From contig JBHGBL010000011.1 of the NCBI GenBank assembly GCA_041947015.1, forward strand, positions 59,915 through 123,914: a stretch of 64,000 bases of DNA. The letters are read 5' to 3'. The DNA comes from Vicinamibacterales bacterium. GTDB taxonomy: Bacteria > Acidobacteriota > Vicinamibacteria > Vicinamibacterales > Fen-181. The translations under genes were made by a program, and so were the position numbers. Shown piece by piece: positions 53,629-62,546 of this stretch. Below the pieces are notes generated by a model. That model was not told the DNA's origin, searched no databases, and worked only from the letters and a program-made list of their open reading frames with translations. How positions within the stretch are numbered: the first letter of the stretch is position 1; each line of letters starts with the position of its first letter.

Positions 53629-55082
53629 GTGTTACCCGGCAGCGGGTCGTCGCGCCAGAAATCGGGTTACCCCAGGATAGGAGGTTGATGTGGGGGGAAC
53701 TCGAGTGGGACCAGCGGCGAAACGTGAGTATTTGAAGCGGATGCGAGAGCGGTACGAAGAGGCTGGCGGCGAAAAGCGGACGGAGTTGCTGGACGAGATG
53801 AGGGCCATGACGGGCTTTCATCGCAAGGCGCTGATCAGGGCGATGAACCGGCGGTCCGTGCCGCCGGGCCAGCGGTGCAAGAAGCGGGGACGGCCGCGGT
53901 TGTACGGCCGGCGAGTGGTGGGGGCTCTGCGGGTGATATGGGAGGCGGCGGACCACCCGTGGTCGGCACGGCTAAAAGCGCTCCTGCCGAGCTGGCTGCG
54001 ACATGCGCGCCGTCACGTGGCGATCTCGGATGAGACCGAGAAGCGGCTCCTGGAGATGGGCCCTCGGCAGATGGACCGATGCCTCGCGCCCTACAAGCGG
54101 GACCTGCGCCGGCGGATGTATGGGCGGACGAAACCGGGCACGTTGCTGAAGCATCACATTCCCCTGAAGACTGACCGCTGGGATGTGACCGAGCCGGGGT
54201 TTACGGAGGTGGACCTAGTGAGCCACAGCGGCGACTGTGCGGATGGCGAGTTCGCCCATTCAGTCAACCTGACGGACATCGAGAGCACGTAGGTCGAGAC
54301 GCGAGCGGTCATGGGCAAGAGCCAGGTGCGGGTCCAGGAGGCGCTGGCAAAGATGCGGGCCGACCTGCCCTTTTCGCTCAAGGGGATCGACTCGGACAAC
54401 GGCTCCGAATTCATCAACCACCACCTCTACCGGTACTGCAAGACGGAGGACATCCAGTTCACTCGGGGCCGGCCGTACAAGAAGGATGACAACGCTCACA
54501 ATGAGCAGAAGAACTGGACGCACGTCCGCAAACTGGTCGGGTACCAACGGCACGACTCGCAGGTGGCGGTCGATGCGCTGAACGACTTGTACGCCGAGGT
54601 CCGCTTGCTCCAGAACCTGTTTCTCCCATCAGTGAAGCTGATCGAGAAGAGAAGAAGCGTGTCGGCTCTCGGCTCCTGCGGAAGTACGACACGCCGCAGA
54701 CCCCGCTCGACCGACTGGTGAGCGGCGGCAAGGGAGACCCCAGGAAGTTACAGGCGCTGATGTGTCAGCGGGAGCGTCTTGAGCCGTTCGCGTTGGCCAA
54801 GCGGATCGATCAGAAGCTGGATCGAGTCTTCGGACTGGCGAACCGCCGCACACGTCCAGCAGACCCCATCAGAGTCTCGGCGGTGGCCCGGGGGCCTGTG
54901 GAAGCTGCCCGACCTGTGGAAGCACATAACGCTTCCACAAGGTCGTTGGAAAACCAAAGAGCGGTTTTTCCACAGCTACGCACAGGCCTGCTGCCAGGGG
55001 AAATCGGGCAAGCAAGAAGAAACACGGAGGCGCCAACCCGGTAACCCGAATATTGGCCCGACGATGAGCCGTTGGGTAACAC
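53629..55082 (+). mobile_element. Decayed IS element with roughly 43-bp imperfect terminal inverted repeats
   Basis: IRL 53629-53671 (GTGTTACCCGGCAGC...CGGGTTACC) matches the reverse complement of IRR 55040-55082 (GGTAACCCG...GGGTAACAC) at about 34 of 43 positions. It encloses an rve-type transposase reading frame. The flanks are AT-rich. I saw no clear target-site duplication. Confidence 0.75.
53690..55044 (+). pseudogene. DDE (integrase-core, rve) transposase, inactivated
   Basis: DDE context: EVDLVSHSG, GIDSDNGSEF, NAHNEQKNW. There is an in-frame TAG at 54290-54292 where relatives have Trp (TDIESTxVETRAV). A frameshift lies in the purine run around 54645-54660, and the continuation GSRLLRKYDTPQTPLDRLV reads in another frame. 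Confidence 0.75.
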
Positions 55083-55184
55083 CTATTTATGGCTTGACAG
55101 GGAGACGATCTCTGCTCGAGCTCACCCGTGCGTTGGCGCTCCGTTCCGTTGCCCTGGACGCCGTTTGACGAAGTCGGGCCTTGT

Positions 55185-56951
55185 CTACTGAATCTGTAGC
55201 GCTGCGTGTGAAAGCGGAACGCCGAGGGCCTCGCACTCTGTCGCCACCCGCCTCAACCTTGCCGGAGAAATGTCCGGGGAGGAAATCAGCACCTCGTCTA
55301 CATGGGCGGAGCGCAGGATGTCTGCGAGATCCTCGTAATCGCCGAGGACCGGGATGCCGAGTATTCTGCGCTTGTGGTTTCTCGGGTCGTCGTCGATGAA
55401 GCCGACGACTGTACGCGCCAGGGACGGGTTGTTCAACAGCCCCCGGCAGACGAGGACCCCCTGGTCGTCGGCGCCGTAGAGCAAAACCCGCCGTGACGTT
55501 CCGAACCGCGGCCGGAAGATCTCCTCGAAGAACCTCATCGAGAGCCGGCTGGCACCGACGAAGAGCATGAGAAGGATCGCGTCGATGAAGAACACGGCGT
55601 GAGAGTAGCCTTCCAGGCCCAATGCGAGTGCGACGACCACCACCGTGAGGGCGGTACCGAGCGCGGCAGCCTTGGCAATGGTGAAGGCGTCTCGGACCCC
55701 GGTGTACCTCCAGACGCCGTGGTGAACCTTGAGCACGAGGAAGCTCAGCGCCTGGCACGCGATCACGATCGGCATCGACTGCAGGAGCCGATCCGCCTGA
55801 GCGGCGAAGGCGTCCTCGAACCTGAGGATGTACGCCGTGTAGTAGGCCAGAGCGATAAGCATGACGTCGAGGGCGAGCGTGGCGACCTGCCTCTGGTGGG
55901 TGATGGTTACGACCAAGCGGAAGAGCCTGCTGTCGTCGATGTTCGCGGCCTCATCAGCCGGGTAGACCTTGATGCGGCTGAGGAACAGGCCGAGAACCGT
56001 GACCGAAAGGCCGAGAAACACCACCAGCACCGCGGTATAGGAGAGACCGTTCAGGTAGGTCACCGTTGCGATGCCGCCCGATGCGGCGGCCACAGCGTAC
56101 ATCGAGACGACCGCCCTTCTCTCGCTGAGTCCCAGTGCGACGAGCCTGTGCGAGGTATGGTCGCGGCCGCCCATCGAGACCGGCCGGCGCGCCAGCGTCC
56201 TGGTTACGGTAACGAAGGTCGTGTCGAAGATCGGGACGAGCAGCAGCAGGACCGGAAAGAGCAGTACCGAGACGACGCCCCGCGAGTACGGGTACCCTCC
56301 GGCCAGGCTCAGGCCCGAGATGAAGAATCCCGTAAAAAGGCTTCCTGCATCGCCCATGAAGATCGATGCGGGGGAGAAATTGTGAAAGAGAAACCCGACT
56401 GCCGCGCCCGCGAAGACTGCCGCCAGCGCCGCTCCGTCGTGGTTGCCGTCGAGGAGGAAGAAGGCAAGCCGGAAGCCGGCGGCTATCGCTGCGATACCGG
56501 CGCCCAGCCCGTCCATGTTGTCGAGCAAGTTGAAAGCGTTCGTGATGCCCACGACCCAGAAGAGGGTTAGCAGGACGTTGAAAACAGGGTAGGGCGTGAG
56601 GCGAAGCTGGAAGCCCATCGCCGCAAGCGAGGCGGCAACCAGGATCTCCACCCCGAGTTTCGTTTGAGGCTTGAGATTGTAAATGTCGTCGATGAGGCCG
56701 AGGAGGAAGATGATCGCGGCTCCAGCGAACAGCCACGACACCTGCGGAGACGAACTGATCGTGAACGGAGCAATGACGAGAACCGTCGCAGCTATGGCTA
56801 CCCCGCCGAGCAGCGGCACAGCCTTGCGGTTCCAGCGATCGTTGCAGGGGCGGGCGACGACGCCGAGGTGGAGGGCGACTCTCTTGGACACCGCAGTCAG
56901 CAGGGCGGAGAGCAGAGCGGCGAGAGCGAACCATGAGACGATGGCCGTCAT
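55185..56951 (-). CDS. WecA/MraY-family polyprenyl-phosphate sugar-1-phosphate transferase fused to a CapD/WbaP-type N-terminal TM + Rossmann-like module
   Basis: N-terminal half: LIDDIYNLKP and NAFNLLDNMDGLG. C-terminal half: 4 TM segments, then RRVLLYGADDQGVLVCRGL...VVGFIDDDPRNHKRRILGIPVLG. Confidence 0.8.
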   Translation of the reverse strand: MTAIVSWFALAALLSALLTAVSKRVALHLGVVARPCNDRWNRKAVPLLGGVAIAATVLVIAPFTISSSPQVSWLFAGAAIIFLLGLIDDIYNLKPQTKLGVEILVAASLAAMGFQLRLTPYPVFNVLLTLFWVVGITNAFNLLDNMDGLGAGIAAIAAGFRLAFFLLDGNHDGAALAAVFAGAAVGFLFHNFSPASIFMGDAGSLFTGFFISGLSLAGGYPYSRGVVSVLLFPVLLLLVPIFDTTFVTVTRTLARRPVSMGGRDHTSHRLVALGLSERRAVVSMYAVAAASGGIATVTYLNGLSYTAVLVVFLGLSVTVLGLFLSRIKVYPADEAANIDDSRLFRLVVTITHQRQVATLALDVMLIALAYYTAYILRFEDAFAAQADRLLQSMPIVIACQALSFLVLKVHHGVWRYTGVRDAFTIAKAAALGTALTVVVVALALGLEGYSHAVFFIDAILLMLFVGASRLSMRFFEEIFRPRFGTSRRVLLYGADDQGVLVCRGLLNNPSLARTVVGFIDDDPRNHKRRILGIPVLGDYEDLADILRSAHVDEVLISSPDISPARLRRVATECEALGVPLSHAALQIQ

Positions 56952-57294
56952 CGCTGTGCCTCGCGGCCGGCGGCCACCTCCATCCGTCCCTGCGACAGGG
57001 GGCCGTCGCGCCTCGCGAACTAGTCCTTCAGCTTTCCACTCTCAGCCATCGGGCGGGGTCCGGAGCACCGTGCCGGAATCGGCACCGCGATCGTCCCCCC
57101 AGCGAAAGGGATGATGGCAGGGGGGCATCGTAGCGCGAAACTCCCCGCCAATCAACCGCAGGCCGGGGCCTGATGTTGCCGATGCACGATCTCCATGTCG
57201 CAGCGAGCCCGACCCTCGCCTTGCAGCCGGAGAGGGGTCCACTCTCCTGGGCACGCGAGCAGGACCCGGAGGGCCCATCACGCCGATGCGCGGC

Positions 57295-58296
57295 TCAGCG
57301 GGGCTTGCCTGACCACCCGCCCTCGAAGAGCGGCGCAGGGTCTTGGGGGGTGGTGCGGCGCGCGCCCGGGCGAATGCCGGCGGTGAAAGAAACGAGACAG
57401 GAGAGGGCGAAAAGGAGCCTGTCGCGCACCCTTCGGCGGCAGTGCGAGGAGTTCAGGGCGAGCCAGAGGAAGCCCGACCGGCCTCCCTCCAACCAGCGCT
57501 TCACGAATTCCGACTCCCGGGCGCCAACGAGATTGGCGATGAGCTCCGCTTGAGCAAAGGCCCACCCGCTGGTCACCGACCGGACGCGGTAGGCGAACGC
57601 CCGCCTGCCGGCGTTCACGCCCAGATGATTGCGATCATGCTGGCGGTAGAGGACCTCGGCATGCCTGTCGATTACCCACCTGTAGCCGTTGGCCCGCGCG
57701 AAAGCGTAGACGAACCAGTCATGCAGCCCCACCGCGCAGATTTCTTCCCAGCGCTGTCTCACCAGGCCCTGGATGGCGCGAGCCAGGTGCGCCCGCATCA
57801 CGTAGGTGCACCCTGGGCCGGCAGCCTCGAAGTGGAAATCCCATCTCCTCTGGGGCTGCGACTTCCTGATTAGCCTGGTACGGCCCGACGGCCAGAACGC
57901 CAGGACGTCGCTGGAGTAGCCGTCACCGCCGGTTTCCTGCAGGACGCGGTGCGCTCGCAGCAGCTTCTCCTGCTGCCAGATGTCGTCCTGGTCCGAGAAG
58001 CTCACGTAGTCGAAGCCGGAGAAGTCGGTGTCGCGGAGGAGACGGAAGAAATTGAGCGCGGCACCGCCGAAGCGGCCGCCGTAGGGCAGGGCGACGATGC
58101 GGCTGTCACCAGCGGCGCGCTCTGCGACCCACTGCTCCGTGCCGTCGGTCGATCGATCGACGCTGACAACGACGGTGACCGAAACGCCCCTCTGCTCGAG
58201 AATCGAGTCGAGTTGCTGAGGCAGCCAGCGGATGCCGTTGAACGCCGCGAGGCACACGGCTACCTCCGGCAGTTCCGTGAGTGACTTGCTGGTCAT
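57295..58296 (-). CDS. Family 2 glycosyltransferase (rhamnosyltransferase-like)
   Basis: VAVCLAAFNGIRWLPQQLDSIL...VVVSVDRSTDGT...FSDQDDIW. Confidence 0.85.
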   Translation of the reverse strand: MTSKSLTELPEVAVCLAAFNGIRWLPQQLDSILEQRGVSVTVVVSVDRSTDGTEQWVAERAAGDSRIVALPYGGRFGGAALNFFRLLRDTDFSGFDYVSFSDQDDIWQQEKLLRAHRVLQETGGDGYSSDVLAFWPSGRTRLIRKSQPQRRWDFHFEAAGPGCTYVMRAHLARAIQGLVRQRWEEICAVGLHDWFVYAFARANGYRWVIDRHAEVLYRQHDRNHLGVNAGRRAFAYRVRSVTSGWAFAQAELIANLVGARESEFVKRWLEGGRSGFLWLALNSSHCRRRVRDRLLFALSCLVSFTAGIRPGARRTTPQDPAPLFEGGWSGKPR

Positions 58297-58572
58297 CGTG
58301 AGCCCTGGGGCTGCCGGCCCGCGCCCATCATCGGCCGGGTCGAGCGGCGGCGTCAAGTCCGACCAGACGAAAACCGCTCGCGCTCGACCTCCCGCCGCGA
58401 TAAAATGACACCTTCAAAGCGCCGATCCGACCGGCTTGACCGCAAGTCCCCATCAGGTCGTTCCGCCCACGGAAGCAGGCCTTCCAGGTCACGGCGCTCG
58501 ATCGGCCAGCGGCCAGTCGGGGCTGGCCGGCAAGGCGCGCATCCATTGGTTGCGCGACATCCGGAGGGTTCG

Positions 58573-58791
58573 ATGGGCATTCTGTCCGTTCTGGTGAGGT
58601 CCGGCGGAGGCGATCTGCTCCTGGCGTACATCGACCCCGGGACGGGCAGCATGATCATTCAGGTCGTGCTGGCCGCACTGGTCGGAGTAGCGCTGTCCGT
58701 GAGGCACTACTGGAGCGCGCTCACCTCGTGGTTCCGAAGGGGCCGGGCCGCGGGCAGCCGGTCGGGGGAGACGGGGGAGCGCAGGGATTGA
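58573..58791 (+). CDS. Small membrane protein (72 aa) with a YIDPGTGSMIIQ motif
   Basis: SD GGAGGG before ATG 58573. It has one TM segment (IIQVVLAALVGVALSV). Its stop overlaps the next gene's start. Confidence 0.5.
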   Translation: MGILSVLVRSGGGDLLLAYIDPGTGSMIIQVVLAALVGVALSVRHYWSALTSWFRRGRAAGSRSGETGERRD

Positions 58792-60188
58792 CCTCCAACG
58801 GGCCGATTGCCTCCTCGTTTCGTGACCCGAGCGGCTTCGTGTTCAGGCTCGATGGCACGCTGTACCGGCAGGTCAACGTCGCCTACCGCGACACCTACCG
58901 CCGCTTGATCGACTCGTCGCTGTACGAGAACCTCGTCGCGGCGCACCTGCTGGTACCCCACGAAGAGGTCGCGCTGGAGCCGGCGAGGCCCACCGAGGCC
59001 TGGAAAGTGATCCGGCCCGAGCCCGTGGACTTTGTTTCGTACCCGTACGAATGGTGTTTCAGCCAGCTCAAGGACGCGGCGCTCGCAACACTCGCGATCC
59101 AGAAGAGGGCACTGGATTTCGGCATGTCGCTCAAGGATGCGAGCGCCTACAACATCCAGTTCCACCGCGGCCGCCCGGTTCTCATCGACACTCTCTCGTT
59201 CGAGCCCTACAGGGAGGGCAGGCCCTGGCCCGCCTACAGGCAGTTCTGCCAGCATTTTCTGGCGCCGCTCGTCCTGATGCGCCGCACCGACGTGCGCCTT
59301 GCCCAGCTGCTGCGGACCAACATAGATGGTGTTCCCCTCGATCTCGCCAGTAGGCTTCTGCCTTTCCGCACGCATTTCACCTTCTCCGCCCTGGCCCACA
59401 TCCACCTGCACGCGAGCACTCAGAAGAGGTACGAGGCGCGGCCGGTGAACACGAGTCGGCTGAAGGTCAGCAGATCAGGAATGCTGGCGCTCGTGGAGAG
59501 CCTCGAGAAGGCCATCGGAAAGCTCGATTGGCGGCCGGGAAGGACGACGTGGGCCGACTACTACGGCGAGACGAACTACTCGAAACCGGCCTTCGAGCAC
59601 AAGAAGCAGGCGGTGGCGGAGTTCCTCGCGCGAGCCAGGCCGGGGATGGTATGGGACCTCGGTGCGAACACGGGCGTCTTCAGCGCGCTGGCAGCGCAGT
59701 GCGGCGCCATGACGGTGGCTTTCGACAGCGACCCGGCGGCCGTGGAGAAGCACTACCGCGAGTGCCGCAGGTCCGGAGCCGCACGTATCCTGCCACTTGC
59801 AGTGGACCTGCTGAACCCGAGTCCCTCCCTGGGATGGCACAATCATGAGAGGATGAGTCTTGTCGAGCGGGGCCCCGCCGACGTCGTCATGGCGCTGGCC
59901 CTGGTCCATCACCTCGCCATCGGCAACAACGTCCCGTTCGACCGGCTGGCGGAGTTCTTCGCAGCTCTTTGCAGCGGCTGGCTGATCGTCGAGTTCGTGC
60001 CGAAGTCCGACTCGCAGGTGCGGAGGCTCCTTGCCAGCCGCGAGGACGTGTTCCCGGACTACGATGAGGGTGTCTTCGAGAAGTCGTTCCGGAGCAGTTT
60101 CACCATAGAGGCTTCGCTGCGACTCCAACAGTCCGAGAGGACTCTGTACCTCATGCGGCGGCTGCCCCGAGCCGGCCAGCCAGCTTAG
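58788..60188 (+). CDS. Two-domain protein: unknown N-terminal domain plus a class I SAM-dependent methyltransferase
   Basis: N-terminal: FRDPSGFVFRLDGTLYRQV...YPYEWCFSQLKDAAL...ASAYNIQF. C-terminal: VWDLGANTGVFS and VMALALVHHL. Start uncertain (TTG 58788, or GTG 58728). Confidence 0.75.
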   Translation: MTSNGPIASSFRDPSGFVFRLDGTLYRQVNVAYRDTYRRLIDSSLYENLVAAHLLVPHEEVALEPARPTEAWKVIRPEPVDFVSYPYEWCFSQLKDAALATLAIQKRALDFGMSLKDASAYNIQFHRGRPVLIDTLSFEPYREGRPWPAYRQFCQHFLAPLVLMRRTDVRLAQLLRTNIDGVPLDLASRLLPFRTHFTFSALAHIHLHASTQKRYEARPVNTSRLKVSRSGMLALVESLEKAIGKLDWRPGRTTWADYYGETNYSKPAFEHKKQAVAEFLARARPGMVWDLGANTGVFSALAAQCGAMTVAFDSDPAAVEKHYRECRRSGAARILPLAVDLLNPSPSLGWHNHERMSLVERGPADVVMALALVHHLAIGNNVPFDRLAEFFAALCSGWLIVEFVPKSDSQVRRLLASREDVFPDYDEGVFEKSFRSSFTIEASLRLQQSERTLYLMRRLPRAGQPA

Positions 60189-60192
60189 GACC

Positions 60193-61629
60193 ATGTGCCG
60201 TCCGGGACGAATGATCGTTCACCCGATCCTCCTCGCGGCGTTCCCTGTGTTGTTCCTGTATTCACGCAACCGCGTGGAGGCCGGGGCAGACCAGGTCCCA
60301 CTTCCCATGCTCCTGTCTTTGGCGGGGGTGTCGCTGTTGTGGCTGCTCTTCGCGGTCCTGATGCGTAGCGCGCGGAAATCGGCCGTCGCGACGACTGTCT
60401 GCCTGTCCTTCTTCTTCGCATACGGGCATCTCCACGATTTGTTCCAGAGGTGGGGCGTTCCGTGGTCGAGGCACAGCCGCCTTCTGCCCGTCATGCTCCT
60501 CGCGTGCGGGTATTCGGTCTACTTCGTTTCCATTGCGAGGAGGAGCTTCGAAAGAACGACGCGCGCTTTGAACGGTGCCGCCGTCTTCCTCGTCGCCATC
60601 AACCTGAGCACAGCGGCCCTTCACTGGATCGGCCAGCCGGCGCTCAGGGCCGATGCTCCCAGAGCCGGCTTGGATGCATCGTCACGCTCGACCGGCGAGT
60701 CCCGCGCAGGCCTCCTGCCGGATATCTACTACATCGTGCTCGACGAGTACGCCCACCCAGACACGATGAGGCGCTTCTACGGGTACGTCGACGCCCCGCT
60801 CGTCGCGCACCTCGAGGAGCGGGGCTTCTTCGTTGCCTCCGCCAGCCAGTCCCCGGCCCACAGCAGCATCCGGTCGATAGCTTCGGTCCTGAACATGGAA
60901 CCGGTTCCGGCCGACGATGCCGACGGCCTGGTATGGGGCCGCATCAGGAACAACCGGGTGACCGCGTTCCTCAGATCTCGCGGATACTCCATCGTCTACA
61001 TCGGATCCTGGTTCGACGACGGAATCTACGAGGGAGGCGCGGACACGTATCGCAATTTCTATAGCTCGGGGGCTGGAGGTAGCCTGTCAGGCGCCTTCCC
61101 ACATACGTTCTGGAACACGACCATGCTGGCGCCTTTCTACGACCGGCTGGTTCGGACCCACTTCGAGACGTACTACCGGGGCGGCCTCATGGCGACAATC
61201 GAGTACCTGAAGGAGCTGCCGCGCGCCCCGGGACCGAAGTTCGTCTTCGCACACGTTCTCTGTCCGCACGAGCCGTTCGTGTTCGGCCGGCTCGGTGAAG
61301 TGGTCAGCCCCACGAACTGGAACAACTACGCCGACAAGCGATACTACCGGGACCAGTACATCTTCATAAGCCACGAGATGTCCAGGGTGGTGGATTCGCT
61401 GCTCGCCCGCTCGGCCGCGCAGCCGATCGTGGTCGTGCAGTCCGATCACGGATTGAGGGCGCACCATCCCGGCATACAGGTCCCGAACGACGAGTGGTTG
61501 AAGATACTCAACGCGTATTACGCCCCCCGCGCAGAGGAGGCGCTCTTCGACGCCGTCTCCCCCATGCAGACGTTTCGCCTGATATTCGAGCGCTACTTCG
61601 GAGCCGGTGAGGTGCCCGGCGAGAGATGA
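60193..61629 (+). CDS. Polytopic membrane protein with an alkaline-phosphatase-superfamily (sulfatase/LTA-synthase-like) ectodomain
   Basis: About 5 N-terminal TM segments, then IYYIVLDEYAHPD and VVVQSDHGLR motifs. Confidence 0.7.
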   Translation: MCRPGRMIVHPILLAAFPVLFLYSRNRVEAGADQVPLPMLLSLAGVSLLWLLFAVLMRSARKSAVATTVCLSFFFAYGHLHDLFQRWGVPWSRHSRLLPVMLLACGYSVYFVSIARRSFERTTRALNGAAVFLVAINLSTAALHWIGQPALRADAPRAGLDASSRSTGESRAGLLPDIYYIVLDEYAHPDTMRRFYGYVDAPLVAHLEERGFFVASASQSPAHSSIRSIASVLNMEPVPADDADGLVWGRIRNNRVTAFLRSRGYSIVYIGSWFDDGIYEGGADTYRNFYSSGAGGSLSGAFPHTFWNTTMLAPFYDRLVRTHFETYYRGGLMATIEYLKELPRAPGPKFVFAHVLCPHEPFVFGRLGEVVSPTNWNNYADKRYYRDQYIFISHEMSRVVDSLLARSAAQPIVVVQSDHGLRAHHPGIQVPNDEWLKILNAYYAPRAEEALFDAVSPMQTFRLIFERYFGAGEVPGER

Positions 61630-62546
61630 AGAGTCAATCGCCAGGCGCGGGGATCCTGAGGTTCCTGGCCACCCGCCGGACGGCGGTGATCGTTCACGGT
61701 GCGATCCTTTCCGCGTTCTTCGCCTTCCTGTTGTTCGGGTCCGACGCCCTGTTCGATAGATTGTCCGGCACGGACGACAGGGCAAGGCGGCAGCGCGTGT
61801 CGCTCCCGAAGGAAACCGAGGGGCTGGAGTGGTCGATAGATCGCGTGGAGGTGCTTCCTGGGGTCATCGAGGTGGAGGGGTGGGCCTTCATAGCCGGTCA
61901 GGACGCTAGCGCGAGCAGGATCTACGTGGTGCTGAAGTCCGCTTCCGACGCCTATGTTTTCGACACGTTTCCGAGGGTGAGGCCCGATGTGCTGCACGCC
62001 TACTCTGCGCTCGGCGAGAACGTGGACCGTTCGGGGTTCGTGACTTTCATTCCTCGCGACGCGGTTCCGGGATCGGGCCTCACCTTGGGCATCTATGTCG
62101 AGGGGAAGGTGCTGTCCACGCTCCAGTACACAGACCGGGTAATCGGGGGCGAATCCAGGCGGCAGCAGGTGGCGCTGCCTCCGCCAGGGACCGGAGCTCT
62201 GAATTACGCCGTGGACACGTGCGCTCCGCGGAACGGCGTCACCGCTGTAGAGGGTTGGGCGTTCATCGAGGGCGCGAACGCGCGGAGCAGCCGCACGTAT
62301 GTGGTGCTTCGATCGGATGCCGATACCTACGTGTTCGACACCTTCTGGCGAAGGAGGCTCGACATAGGCAGATCGTTCGCCGGGCACGGCAGCAATCTGG
62401 GCGCCTCCGGGTTCGTTGCGTTCATCCCGGCGGGAGCGGTCCCGCCCGCGAACTACAGGGTAGGGGTCTACGTCAAGGACGGCGGCACAGAGGCCTTCTC
62501 GTTCGCCGAAGGTCAACCGTGCGAAGCCCTGGCCGCTTCACGGTAG
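61626..62546 (+). CDS. TM-anchored protein with two tandem roughly 95-aa repeats, unknown function
   Basis: ATGA overlap with the upstream stop. Repeat 1 has VEGWAFIAGQDASASRIYVVLKS..YVFDTF and repeat 2 has VEGWAFIEGANARSSRTYVVLRS..YVFDTF. Confidence 0.65.
   Translation: MKSQSPGAGILRFLATRRTAVIVHGAILSAFFAFLLFGSDALFDRLSGTDDRARRQRVSLPKETEGLEWSIDRVEVLPGVIEVEGWAFIAGQDASASRIYVVLKSASDAYVFDTFPRVRPDVLHAYSALGENVDRSGFVTFIPRDAVPGSGLTLGIYVEGKVLSTLQYTDRVIGGESRRQQVALPPPGTGALNYAVDTCAPRNGVTAVEGWAFIEGANARSSRTYVVLRSDADTYVFDTFWRRRLDIGRSFAGHGSNLGASGFVAFIPAGAVPPANYRVGVYVKDGGTEAFSFAEGQPCEALAASR

Noticed and set aside
57042-57281. A 79-aa minus-strand ORF in the 343-bp gap between the GT2 and the WecA-like gene.
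   Set aside because: It has mediocre third-position GC, no SD and no recognisable motif. The gap is more likely a promoter or leader region for the WecA-like gene.
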